DNA from: Octopus sinensis
Lineage: Eukaryota
Direction: 5' to 3'
Length of the DNA stretch: 64,000 bases
Assembly (NCBI RefSeq): GCF_006345805.1
Contig: NC_043005.1
Location: forward strand, 40,486,001 to 40,550,000
In this document: piece after piece, positions 1 through 12,077 of the stretch
How positions within the stretch are numbered: the first letter of the stretch is position 1
Layout: each line of letters begins with the position of its first letter
Notes under the pieces: generated by a model
Told to the model about the DNA's origin: nothing
Seen by the model: only the letters and a program-made list of their open reading frames with translations
The model's database searches: none
Made by a program: the position numbers and the translations under genes

Positions 1-225
1 AGATATGATTTTCTCAATTCTTGTTGATGTTATATATTCCGGATTATTTGAAATTGTTCCAAGTGATGTTTGGATTTATTTATCATACACGAAGAATTAA
101 CTTCGATGTTAATTCTATTTGAATTTATTAGTATCTGATTGTTTGATATAGTTAACCAAATTCATCTAAATCCGAGTGTTTTAGTGATATCTACCCGAAT
201 TTTATTTAATCCCTTGCACTTCTTG

Positions 226-228
<3 letters not shown>
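1..228 (-). mobile_element. Possible decayed Penelope-like reverse transcriptase fragment, cut by the window edge
   Basis: The minus strand reads KKCKGLNKIRVDITKTLGFR and, with frameshifts, INKSKHHLEQ...ITSTRIEKII. This loosely resembles the PLE RT thumb region. It has stops and frameshifts. Confidence 0.35.
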
Positions 229-307
<79 letters not shown>

Positions 308-1215
308 TTACAAAAACAAAAAAAGCAGAGGGCGAAGACAGGTGTAGGTACAACAAACAAGTGTATTAGTTTAACTCTCGGGAAGAATGGAAAAGTATTT
401 TACGTTTCGACCCTACGCTCTTCGACTGAAAGAAATAAGAGTAGAAAATGGAGAGAGAATGAGAAAAAACGGGGAGCGAAAACTGTGTAGAGTTCAGCAG
501 TCCAACATAGCGGGATGAAAAGAAGTTGAATGAAAGATATATAATAAGGGTGATCCCAACGAACTAAGGTGCGCAAGCGTGTATCTGTATGTGAGAATAG
601 TATGTGTGAGTGTGTATGTGTCAACAGAGGCGAGTGAGTCTGACGTGTGTGTATATAACGTGTGTGTGTATATATTGTCTGTGTTCAGGTATTATGTGCT
701 TGTGTGTATGTGTGAGTATATATTGTCTGTGTTCATGTATTGTGTTCTTGTGTGGGTGTGGGAGTGTACATGTGGATGTGTAGTCTATGTACTGAGTTAA
801 ATAGTGTGTGTAGCTGCTCGTGTAGTGGTATGTGTGGTGACGGTATTGAAGACTGTGTGTGGCTATGTGGATAATAGTGAGTAGTGTGGGTGCTGAGAAG
901 TGATCGGTGCTAGTGTGTGTGGAGTTGAAAGATGTTGTGGGAAAGTGTTGTGTGTGTGTGTGTGTGTAATGGTGTGTGAAGTGAGTAATGAGCCGAAAAG
1001 TGTGTATGGGTGTTTGTATAGTGGTGCGTGTGTGGTGAGAGTACTGAAGTAGGCAGTATGCAGATGTGTAGGTGGAGGGGGAGCAGTTGAATTTGGGAGG
1101 TGTGTGGGAATCCTTGTGGGGTTGGTATCAGATGAAGAGAGGAAGTGAATTGTGCCCATATGCCGCAAAGGAATGAAGAGAGAAGATTAATTCCTGTTCA
1201 CGGTAGCGGTGGGAG
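308..1215 (-). mobile_element. Penelope-like element 3' part (end of GIY-YIG ORF, CA-rich 3' UTR, pLTR)
   Basis: The reverse complement of 1140-1205 aligns with 35185-35265, the end of the GIY-YIG ORF. 308-520 aligns with the pLTR-like segments at 35885-36062 and 18690-18885. It abuts a (TA)n/(TG)n tract. Confidence 0.8.
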
Positions 1216-1499
1216 GGAGACGGGAGGAGGAAATGAGGTAATGAATAGCGGAGGAGTGCCATTTATAATAGATAAGGAATATCTCATACTCTTGTAAAGA
1301 TTAGACACTGTGAATCGTGAGCCTCGCATCAATATCCTTGCATTCGCCGTAAACTATAACAAATGGGCATCAGCAGTTCTAACAAGAGGGCTGAATGACT
1401 ACTTCTATCCGTGAAAGCATTTAATAGTATTTCATAAGATGGAAAGATTTTTTACTACTTTTGTCTGAAAAGAACTATTCATCGTTCAGGTCTTGGACA

Positions 1500-2800
1500 G
1501 CTAAGCAACTTTTCTAATTTCATTCCGTGGGACAGTTGCATACCATGACCGAAGATGGTCTGAGCAGACCACGTATTATGTTACCACTTTCTGTATGCGA
1601 AAAAGCACACTCATACCGAGAGATACGCCTTTGTCTCAGCAATTACTTTGAAAATAAATGCTGTTGCGGTACTAAAATGTAACGTATTTCCAATCGAAAG
1701 ATTCTTAGATGAGGCCAAAAATATAGGTAGTTAGAGCATGTTCTACTATTTCCACAGAGAGGACTATTAAGAGGAGATAACATTGCATTTGTTACCTATT
1801 ATGCCTCTATGCAATCTCCAATAGAATGTGCACTCCTATTCTATGAAAATTCTAAGTTAAGCATGATGGTTAAGCATACTATGGATGTCTAGAGACAAGC
1901 TATCGAATTTCTAAATCCAGATAAAATACCAGTAACTGCATCTTACCATCATTAGTTTGTCTTGGCAGAGTACGGTAGAAATAGCCCGACACGCATGCTG
2001 AGAAAGTGTACCAGGTTATTGGTCTGCACATAGAAATGAAATTTTGAAATACATTGGAAAGATGTCTTAAATGGTTTTGACTGGACAGCAGTCCTGGATG
2101 CAGAGCTGGATTCCTCTGGCAAAGATCATTCGTATCTTATGACTACATTTAACTCGAGCCTAATATGTTGTTATCTTGAGCTTGTGTAAATTTTCAGAAG
2201 AAAGCTTTTGTATTTAGAGAAGCTCCGAAAATGTTGATCTTGCTATAGACCGGAAAAACAACTTATAGAAAAGAAGCCTTAATTTTATGTACCGAAACTT
2301 GATCATGAAATATAAAAATCTTACTTTTAATCATCTTTCTGACTATTCACAGAAAGAGAAATGAATTTCTCATCGACGGAATACGTTTTTGTTCTTTTGC
2401 CTTATATCACACGAACTATTCACATCTGGAACATGTGAGGCTTTGTCTGAAACTACCGAAAAAGTGATTGAAAAAGTTTTCAATGAAGGCTTTTTCAAGG
2501 CCACCATCAGCCGAAGAGGCTCACGAGCAGAATAACAAAACTAAGTTTCAAGCGGAGCTGTTCGGCTCAGAGAAAGTCCTTTACTTTTCAAAGATGAATG
2601 CTCTCGTGACCTGAGATGGCCTGACTGCAGAATATCACCATGAGAGGGATTTAGAGTTCTCAAAGAACTTTCAGCCTAGAAGACCTATTAATATATCGCC
2701 AACTTCTTCGAAACCAACTGAAGAATGAACAATTTGGATGTAACTCTTGACATTCGAAACTGCGCAGACGAATCGGCACAGCCGCAGTATTCATAGTGGA
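1500..2800 (+). pseudogene. Decayed DNA transposase, Academ (AcademX)-like
   Basis: Frameshifted motifs appear in the expected order: LLFYENSKLSMMVKHTMDV*RQAIEFLNP, GLHIEM, DWTAVLDAELDSSG, AHEQNNK..SGAV, PEMA, and a degenerate HHE. These match the widespread DQPL/GGLHIEM/DQAHEQ transposase family. The Academ assignment is from recall, not from a search. Confidence 0.7.
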
Positions 2801-2976
2801 TGCTGCTGCCAAAACAACAACAACGCTAAAAATTCGTCACAATTGTAATTTTATACCAGTATCTATTCCATTGATGACAAAATCAAAAGAAATTCTAGTT
2901 TGCTCTTTAGACAACCTTAATGTGAGGCAAAAATCTAAGCAGAGGACGATTAGAGTTCTTTAGAATGATGTGACAC

Positions 2977-3046
<70 letters not shown>

Positions 3047-3049
3047 TGC

Positions 3050-3080
<31 letters not shown>

Positions 3081-3559
3081 CGTGTGCATGCGTCTGTTTA
3101 TGCTCCGACTGATATTCACGAATATCATGTGATAGAGAGCCATATATTTGAATTTCAAAATACATGGGTGATTCGTTTGTAGTGATTAGAAGCTGTCCAA
3201 CCTCATTTTCATTTTTGTTTGATATCAAAGTTCTTACAGAAATGCCGTTATCATCGGTAATTTTTGGAAGTTCTCCGGCTATCACTTAACGGACTTAACC
3301 GAACTATTCATATTTAAGCGGGAACTGCTGTAATTTCGGTCTTTTCGCTTCCAGTGTCTCCCTGACGACATCCATTTTCAATGTGGTGAAATCAATTGGT
3401 TGTGGAATAACTTGATGTCCATATTGATATGTGTGTCCATAATATAGAGAGTTTTATATTGCTAGATTACTATTATAATTATACTTTCCGTAAGCGTTCA
3501 CATCAAACATATGGAAATATATGCAACGGTATATATGTCCTAGCTGATATTTATAATCA

Positions 3560-3601
3560 GGCATGTGTATGTGTGTGTTTGTATGTGCCTGCGCTCGTGC
3601 A

Positions 3602-3644
<43 letters not shown>

Positions 3645-3691
3645 GTGTGTGTGTGTATGTGTTTACGTATCCGTATATATTTAAATATATG

Positions 3692-3776
<85 letters not shown>

Positions 3777-3777
3777 C

Positions 3778-3810
<33 letters not shown>

Positions 3811-4022
3811 TATATACATATATACGTAGGTGCATATACACACGCACACATACATATATGCACACACACATACACACACAAACATATATATATGCACACG
3901 CATACATGCATATATTCATATATACGTAGGTGCATATACACACGCACACATACATACATACATACATATATACGTACGTACATACATACATACATACATA
4001 CATACATACATACATACATACA

Positions 4023-4056
<34 letters not shown>

Positions 4057-4146
4057 CATGTATACATATATATTAAATGGGGGAACGGAGAGAGAGGTGA
4101 AAAGAGAAGAAAGAAAGAGAATCATTGAGAAAGAGGGAGATAGATG

Positions 4147-4205
<59 letters not shown>

Positions 4206-4233
4206 GGATGGATAGATAGATAGATAGATAGAT

Positions 4234-4283
<50 letters not shown>

Positions 4284-4339
4284 GAAAGAGAGAAAGGAGA
4301 GAGAGAAGGAGAGAAAGAAAGAGAGGGGGATATAGTGAT

Positions 4340-4400
<61 letters not shown>
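3560..4400. repeat. Compound microsatellite block: (TG)n, (TA)n, (TAA)n, (TACA)n, (GATA)n, (GA)n
   Basis: Read directly from the sequence. It includes a ~40-bp unit duplicated at ~3817 and ~3917. Confidence 0.95.
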
Positions 4401-4406
<6 letters not shown>

Positions 4407-4824
4407 TGGCTGGCTGCTAGCCTATTTCAAAGCCCTGTTATTGGCAAGTAGCCTTGCCATTTTTAATTGACCTTGTTCTATTCTGCTACCTATATTTCCT
4501 GATCATAGCGAAATTAGACAGCAATCTGAACGTCAAAAGAAGCCCTTCACTTCAGTCGTGGCAGCCAACGATTGATTGATCATATAAATCCAACTAATTG
4601 GTGGCATACGGAGCAGAGAGGTGGTGGTGGAGGAGTTGAGATGGGCTGCAAGACAACTGAACGCATGCTTTTCAATGATTCGTCTTTACATCTTCACAGC
4701 AAAACCGAGGTGTGTCGTTGAATGTATTTGAGAATATAGCAAGTCTATGGAATCACTGTCGATAACAGGGTGCCGGACAATAATTACTTGCAGTATTTAA
4801 TTACGACCCTTTTATGATCTGTTC

Positions 4825-5226
4825 TTACATACATACATACATGCATACATACATACATACATACATACATACATACATACATACATACATACATACATAC
4901 AAACACAACTGCATGCATACGCACAGGCAGGTGTATATGTATGATTGTGTTTATGTATGTGCGCGCATGCACGCACACATACGTATGTACATGTATACAT
5001 ATATTCATATATATACTGAGAGAGAGAGAGAGAGACGAAAAATAGATAGATAGATATCGCTATAGATGGCAAAATAGATATATATATATACACACACACA
5101 CGAACACACACACACACACACACATTAACACATACATACATACATACATACATACATACATACATACATACATACATAAATACATACATACATACATACA
5201 CACATATATATATATATAATATATAT

Positions 5227-5258
<32 letters not shown>

Positions 5259-5280
5259 CACACACACCACACACACACGT
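4825..5280. repeat. Compound microsatellite block: (TACA)n, (GA)n, (CA)n, (TA)n
   Basis: Read directly from the sequence. Confidence 0.95.
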
Positions 5281-5618
5281 ACAGTGGTGGTCAGGGTTCT
5301 GCCAATCCGCTAACAGCTAATTAGCGAAGCTAACATTTCGTTTAGCGGATTAGCGTTTTCGATAACTTTGGAAACCGTCAGCTTGGAAACCGTTGGAGCA
5401 CAACCCGATTTAACATGAAATCAACCTAAATTTAGGTTTATTATCTTTAAGTCAACTAACACAATTCATACGTTAATTCCTGTTTGTCGTGGCCGTGTCT
5501 CGAAGAAGTCCGTCAGGCTATTGGCGTGTTCACTTACGACGTTGTAACATTACAGACAGTATTACAGTTTCAGCGACACCAGTGTACGTTGCCGGCTTCT
5601 CAGTTATCACTTATCGTT

Positions 5619-6257
5619 ATGAAAGGTGAAGACGCTTTTGCTCGGTCTGAGGATAAAGAGTCTTTTTGAGGAGTCTGCAACGGCTGTGGGTGAGGCAGAG
5701 GTCGCTCAGGTTGAGAGCCAGGAGTCTCAAAAGCCGTGGCCCCACATGGAGGACTACTTTGTCCTTACCTCAAGGGATAAGAGGAACGCCAAAATCCTGT
5801 ACTTCCGGTGCGTCATGTGCCATCCCGAGGAGACCACCATCAAGGGACAAGCTGGGAACCTCTACAACTTGAAGTCGAATGTCAAGAGAAAACACTCAGC
5901 GCATACCATCCAGTTTGAGGAGAGGATCAAAGCCGTATTTTCCCGTGGGAAACACAGACAATCTTCTGGTAGCAGTGCTAGTAGCCAGCCGTCGCAATCA
6001 TGTGCAAAGAAAGCACGCCAGCCCAGCATTGTCGAAGCGTTTACCCAAACTGCTGGCATTGACGTCAGTCAGTCTATGGCGGACAGAGGGATTGTAGACC
6101 TGCTTGTCGACAACAAGCTGCCGCTGCATGTAGTGGGGTCCTCCATCTTGGTCGATCTGATCAAGACGCTGAACCCCAGCAAGACATCGATGTCCCACTG
6201 CACTCTGGGCAGGATGATCTTGGCCAGCCAATTACAGCTGAAGGAGTATATTACAAG
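5619..6257 (+). pseudogene. hAT transposase exon 1 (BED zinc finger and Hermes-like DNA-binding region)
   Basis: ATG at 5619 (MKGEDAFARSEDKESF) with a frameshift in a T-run into the 5626-6267 ORF. BED finger: YFRCVMC...NLYNLKSNVKRKH. DNA-binding region: IVDLLVDNKLPLHVV...LIKTLNP..SHCTL. The exon ends at AG|GTATTT (6257/6258). Confidence 0.85.
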
Positions 6258-6854
6258 GTATTTATAAATTAAAATTATACAAGATTATCAAATTATCATT
6301 TTGGCGTATTTCATATTTTTTTACTTCAATATAATTATTTAATTATTTATTAAATAATTATTTTCTTAATTAATGCAATAAAATGTATAATAGCTAATTG
6401 AAATAAATGTTATAATATATGATTTACGCACAGCAAAGCATCAGTCACTAATGAAATAACAAATAAAGGAACCTTAGGTTCTGAACTTATCAAATTTCGA
6501 CCATCATTCCATCCCTCATCTCAGTAATTCATTCCCCTCAACAAGTCACCTATCAAGGTAGTGTCACTATTTTCAAAAGTTTGATCACAAGGCTTTAAAT
6601 TATAAGCAACATTTCCATGAATTTAGAACAGCCTAGTAACAAATGTTAAACTACAATATGTGTGATTTCGATAAGCAAAATATGGTTATAAGATACTGCG
6701 ATCAAATGTCCTGCCTTCTTCCTACCCGCGAAAAATTGAACAAACCACGTGTTCACAGAAACCATTGCAGCTTGCGTGGAGATGCAGATGAGAGGCTAGT
6801 CTTTTTTTTTTTAGTTTTAGTACGCATTGACCATACTCTGCGTCAGTTTATATA

Positions 6855-7253
6855 TAGTGACGGTGAATTATTTCCTTGTTGGTTTTATATTGCTGCTAGC
6901 CACTTTGATTCTTTTATAATTTTCACATTGCTATTTTGTGAAATCAATCACTGATTCCAGTGGTATTCTCCATAATATTGACAAGGTGATTTTGCCTCTA
7001 CCAGCTGTGATGGAATGAGCATTACTGATGAGTATTAATTTCCTATACGAAATTAGCATGCTAATCTAACGCATCTCGCTCAGAGTGGGGAGGGTTTTCT
7101 CCCCTGTCAATACAAAGAGATCATGTGATTTTGTGACTAAGGAGTCTACGACTACTATTTTTAGCAGTGCTGGTGCTCACTGCACCCTTGTCAATCTTAG
7201 TGACGGGGAATTATTTCCTTGTTGGTTTGAAATTGCTGCTTGCCACTTTGATT
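6855..7253 (+). mobile_element. Retrozyme-like insertion: 343-bp monomer with 56-bp terminal direct repeats and a central hammerhead ribozyme
   Basis: 6855-6910 and 7198-7253 match at 52 of 56 positions. A hammerhead lies at 7019-7072. TA runs flank both sides. Confidence 0.7.
7019..7072 (+). ncRNA. Type I hammerhead ribozyme
   Basis: Helix I GCATTA/TAACGC (one mismatch); core CTGATGA at 7025-7031; helix II GTAT/ATAC with a 9-nt loop; GAAA at 7049-7052; palindromic helix III ATTAGCATGCTAAT; AUC triplet with predicted cleavage between 7066 and 7067. Confidence 0.9.
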
Positions 7254-7327
7254 ATATATATATATAATTTTAAGTTTTTAACTTTACAAATTATGTCTCT
7301 TTACAATTTAACATTTTAAAATTACAG

Positions 7328-7645
7328 ATTGCTCAAGGATGTCCCCTGGGTGGCGACAACCGCGGACTGTTGGTCGGCCCACAACAGATCCTTCCTGGGG
7401 ATGACGGCACACTGGCTGGACCTCAAGACCCGCACGAGACAACACGCAGATCTAGCCTACTCTCGGCTCAGACGACATCACACGTTTGATGTTCTCACCC
7501 AGGGATGGTGGACATTCATAAAAAGTTCCATCTGCAAGACAAGGTAACCACGATGGATGGCGGCAAAAACTTCGTTAAGGCATTTATGCAGTTTGGTGCA
7601 AAAGTTGATCTCTTACCAGACATTCCTGAAGCTGTTGCCGATCCA
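7328..7645 (+). pseudogene. hAT transposase exon 2 (start of the catalytic domain)
   Basis: Acceptor TTACAG|A at 7327/7328. Splicing 6257 to 7328 gives the in-frame join [36 protein letters not shown], containing the hAT DxW motif. After a frameshift near 7500 it reads MVDIHKKFHLQDKVTTMDGGKNFVKAF (second Asp motif), then is truncated. Confidence 0.9.
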
Positions 7646-7969
7646 CGCCGAATTGCACTTGTTCTTGCTGGAGCAGTATAATAACAGCCATTTCTATCTA
7701 CTGAAAGCAGAACGGATTTAACTGTCCACTGTTCTTGTGCTGAACAAAAGGACATATCAGATGTTATGATTTAAAGACTTCTACATAGTAACAGAGGGAG
7801 ACGTCCACTCATCTACATTGGTGCTATTGGAGACAAACAACATGAAACTGAGAACTTACCAAAGCTAATGGTGGTCAGAAATTCCTGGCGCGATGCAGTG
7901 GAACGTATCTTAGTTACGGTTGCTACAAGAAGATATATATGTATATACATATATGGCTATGTACCTATT

Positions 7970-8096
<127 letters not shown>

Positions 8097-8528
8097 GTCT
8101 GTGAACATGTCTCAGTTTCGAGCGACGAAAATTTTGACACAGTTTCACAAATGGGAGTCGTCCTGAAAGCGGTATGTCGCAGCGAACTGGCGAACGAGCA
8201 TAGTAGATACATTGAGTATGTGTGGTTGATGATGCTTTTATTTCGTAATTGAAACGTATAAATGTTTAAATGAATTTGACGGTTTTTGTGTGTTTCTGAA
8301 TGTCTAATGTCTTTCACGCTGCAATCGCTATATAAATATACATACATACATATATACATACATACATATATACACGCACATACATACATACATACATACA
8401 TACATACATACATACATACATACATACATACATCCATACATACATCCATCGGTACATACATACACACATACATACATACATGCATACATGCATACATACA
8501 TAAATACATACATACATACATACATACA

Positions 8529-8564
<36 letters not shown>

Positions 8565-8577
8565 TATATAAATATAT

Positions 8578-8973
8578 GGAGTGGCTGTGTGGTAAGTAGC
8601 TTGCTTACCATCCACATGGTTCCGGGTTCAGTCCCACTGCATGGCATCTTAGGCAAGTGTCTTCTATTATAGCCTCGAGACGGCCAAAGCCTTGTGAGTG
8701 GATTTGGTAGACGGAAACTGAAAGAAGCCCGTCGTATATATGTATATATATATGTGTGTATGTTTGTGTGTCTGTGTTTGTCCCCCTAGCATTGCTTGAC
8801 AACCGATGCTGGTGTGTTTACGTCGCCGTCACTTAGCGGTTCGGCAAAAGAGACCGATAGAATAAGGACTGGGCTCACAAAGAATAAGTCCCGGGGTCGG
8901 CTTGCTCGACTAAAGGCGGTGCTCCAGCATGGCTGCAGTCAACTGACTGAAACAAGTAAAAGAGTAAAAGAGT
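8578..8973 (+). mobile_element. tRNA-derived SINE family A, full length
   Basis: Head GGAGTGGCTGTGTGGTAAG with A-box and B-box (GGTTCAGTCCC), a CTTAGGCAAGTG CORE-like segment, an internal (TA)/(TG) spacer and a GTAAAAGA tail. About ten copies occur in the window. Confidence 0.9.
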
Positions 8974-9169
8974 ATGTGTGTATTTATTTATCTATTTATA
9001 TATATGTTCTCTTGTTTTCAAACATTAAAATTCTTCCACCGAGGAAGGAGCTGGTTTCTAACAAAGATACAGAGCTCCATCGTTGGAATGTAGATAACAA
9101 AAACAATGTCCCATTTTTAATTTGAGAAAAAGTATTCCATAATTTTCCTGTACCACTTACAGATTCTAT

Positions 9170-11050
9170 TTATAATGTGCTAGTTGGTTGGTCGATTCCT
9201 TTTATGTTTTTTGAAAACCACATTTTATCCAGAAAGTCAGGCATTTACTCACAACAGCAAGTGCATTAATTATTGCTGGTATAAATGTGAATTTATAATC
9301 TGGATATGGAAGCTGGAGGCTTTGAAACAGTTGTCCATAGTTACCCTCTTTCTCTTTGATTTTCAAAGAGGTATTCACATTAGCACGCACCACTATGACG
9401 GTGCATACTCTTCCTTGTTGTCCCAGATAACAATATCTGGCCAGTTATGTTTACACTTGACAAATGTTTTGAAGAGAATGTTCCATCAATATTCTTTGTG
9501 CTGATGTTTGTGTGCGTATTCAGTAAGAAAGGGATTCTCACTATATATTTCAGGACAGTCTTTTTTTTTCTTTCGGAATGGCATTGTATTGTTTTTGTGA
9601 CAACGTCGTGTCACATAGGGAGGTAGTGCCTTGATGACATCTTTGGGCAGCTGCTAATCACATGTGTCTTGTCTTCCACAGAAATATGACATAATCTGCA
9701 TTTTCATTTGCAACTTGGAGCTCCAATGGCTTCACCGTCTCTTGTTTGTTGGGCATTTCGTAGTATTGCCAATGCATAACCTTCGAAGTGTGAAGTGATA
9801 TAGTGGTCACGGATCCAAGAGAGGCTGCGCTTCATGTCCATAATACTGTCGTCTTCAAGTCTTCAGGAAACATACCCATGCATAGTCTTTTTTTTTTTTT
9901 TTTTGGATGCTGAGTGTTTGGAGGCGCAATGGTCCAGTGGTTCGGGCAGCGGACTCACGGTCGGAGGATCATGATTTCGATTCCCAGACCGGGCGTTGTG
10001 CGTGTTTACTGAGCGAAAACACCTAAAGCTCCACGATGCTCCGGCAGGAGGTGGTGGCGACCCCTGTTGTACTCTTTCGTCCCAACTTCCTCTCACTCTT
10101 TCTTCCTGTTTCTTGAGTAACGCTGCGATGGACTGGCATCCCGTCCAGCTGGGGAGAACACATACGCCACAGAAACCAGGAAACCGGACCCATGAGCCTA
10201 GCTAGGCTTGATGAGGGCGAAAAAAAATAATGCTGAGTGCTTCACATCCATGTCTTATTTGAAGTATGTTGGTCCAGTTGTTTTGAGGTCATCAAGAAGA
10301 GAGTGTTTCCTGAGGAGCTCCATGCCAACACGTAGGATATTGTCTCTTCATTTTCCAGCACTAAATTTATGTAGTTTTGCTTTTGTTTAACAAATACTGT
10401 CTGAGGGAGATTATTTGACATTTGAAGGCTGTCTGCACTAATCTCAAGCCTCTAACTCCTTCGTTGCTCCTTAGGTAGATGTTGTCGATATCATTATTTC
10501 TGCCGAGTTTTCAGTTGGAATCAGGATCTTGCGGGTTTTAACCTCTATGGTGTAGATTTCCTCTACAGACCAGTCAAATATTCCAAATGTGGGAATGAAC
10601 ACTGGTACTTCCAGTGCATTGTGGATGTTGTCTTGTAATAAATGAGTTCCGACTGCCATATTTTTCTTAGTCTGGCATAATATTCTCGGGTCACTCTATC
10701 TTTAGTCACAGTACCTTCGTACGATATATTTTCATCAATGCATAGGTTCTTGTAGCATTCTTTGTGTGAGATGGGAAAGACAATGAGACCATTAATGCAC
10801 AGGTAGGTCTGAGAAACTGATTTTTCCCGTTCGGTAGTCAAATATGAGAATTTCTTTTGGCCAAATTCCATTCCTATGTCAGTTGAAAACGCTGTTATTA
10901 ATTCCAGCTGTGCTTATTTTTCTTTTTGCATTATTAATGTTTTTAGTAAATCTTGAGGCCTTCCACAAAGAAATTATGGGTCACATTAATATCTAAAGTG
11001 GTTGCACACCCAAGCATGTAGCCATTTGATTTTTCTTTGCAGCAATGATA
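9170..11050 (-). mobile_element. Decayed R4/Dong-type non-LTR retrotransposon (RT thumb, CCHC finger, restriction-like endonuclease), interrupted by a SINE
   Basis: The minus strand reads YKNLCIDENISYEGTVTKDRVTREYYARLRKIWQSEL, VPVFIPTFGIFDW..IEVKTRKIL, CRLCHISVEDKTHVISSCPKMS, PDIVIWDNKE and LKIKEKEGNYGQL...YKFTFIPAII. Confidence 0.85.
9920..10229 (+). mobile_element. tRNA-derived SINE family C (V-domain-like) with TSD
   Basis: A-box TGGTCCAGTGG, B-box-like GATTTCGATTCCC, and GCGATGGACTGGCATCCCGTCCAG, which resembles the V-SINE core. A-rich tail. ATGCTGAGTG is duplicated at 9907-9916 and 10230-10239. Confidence 0.85.
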
Positions 11051-11138
11051 ATGAATCTAATGCCAAAATGAAAAGAAGTACAGACTACCTCCTTGGAATA
11101 TTCCCTTTGAAATATTTATAACATATGCACGTATGTAC

Positions 11139-11169
<31 letters not shown>

Positions 11170-11867
11170 TGTATGTATGTATGTATGTATGTATGTATGT
11201 ATGTATGTATGTATGCATGTATGTATGTATGTATGTATGTATGTATGTATGTATGTATGTATGCGCGCGAGTGCGTGCGTAGACGTGCGTGTATGTATGT
11301 GTGGATGGATGGATGTGTATGTATGTATTTAGATAGATATAAAGTTAGTGCGTTTTGTACATACACATACACACACACACGTACATACATACATACATAC
11401 ATGCATATATGCATAAATACATATATATACAAACATACATAAATACATACATGCATAATACATACATACATACATACATACATACATACATACATACATA
11501 CATACATACATACATACATACATACATAAGCACACACACACAAATGCAAATTTTATATTAGTTCCGCCGAATTTTCGTTAACCAGTGCTGCGTGGTAATT
11601 TTCCGTTAAGAACTAGGTTCGAGTCAATATTTCATAAATTGTCCGACATATTTTCCCAAAAGCTGTGACTTTATGTCAAAAGTGAGTCTCAACATAGCAG
11701 TAGAATTTCCTCAACTCAAACTCGTGTTGCATTTTATAAAAGAAAGGAATAATTTATATCATGTAATCTTTGGTCTCTTAAAAAGACGGGGTCGTAACGG
11801 CTGGAATTTCATAATTATAGATCCGCTCAGTCATAGTTAGTTTTAGGCTAAATATTGCTACCAAATT

Positions 11868-12077
11868 TTGGCACAAGGCCTGCAATTTGGGGGGAGGGAT
11901 GAGTCGATTACATCGGACCCAGTGTTCAACTGGTATTTATTTTGTTGACCCCCAACCTCGAAAGGAGGAAAAGGCAATGTCGACCTTGGTGTTACTTGAA
12001 ATCAGAACGTAAAAATGAACGAAATGCAGCTAAGCATTTTGTCCGGCGTGCCAACAATTCTGCTAGATCTCCGCCTT
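11868..12077 (-). mobile_element. tRNA-derived SINE family B, diverged
   Basis: Reverse-complement similarity to the intact copy at 59728-59960. Confidence 0.75.

Larger units (their letters stand above)
5292..7650 (+). mobile_element. hAT DNA transposon, left end plus transposase 5' half; no right end found
   Basis: It begins CAGGGTTCTGCCAATCCGCTAAC, followed by subterminal GCTAA/TTAGC repeats and then a hAT transposase. No matching right TIR was seen. Confidence 0.8.

Noticed and set aside
4405-4800. Unique segment between microsatellites as a possible exon or enhancer
   Set aside because: No convincing ORF, splice pair or structure could be supported from the sequence alone.
6643-6954. 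103-aa ORF in the hAT intron
   Set aside because: No recognisable domain. It runs from AT-rich intron sequence into the direct repeat and is probably a chance ORF.
8578-8650. tRNA-like heads as real tRNA genes
   Set aside because: They have A/B boxes but no full cloverleaf, and they continue into SINE bodies repeated across the window.
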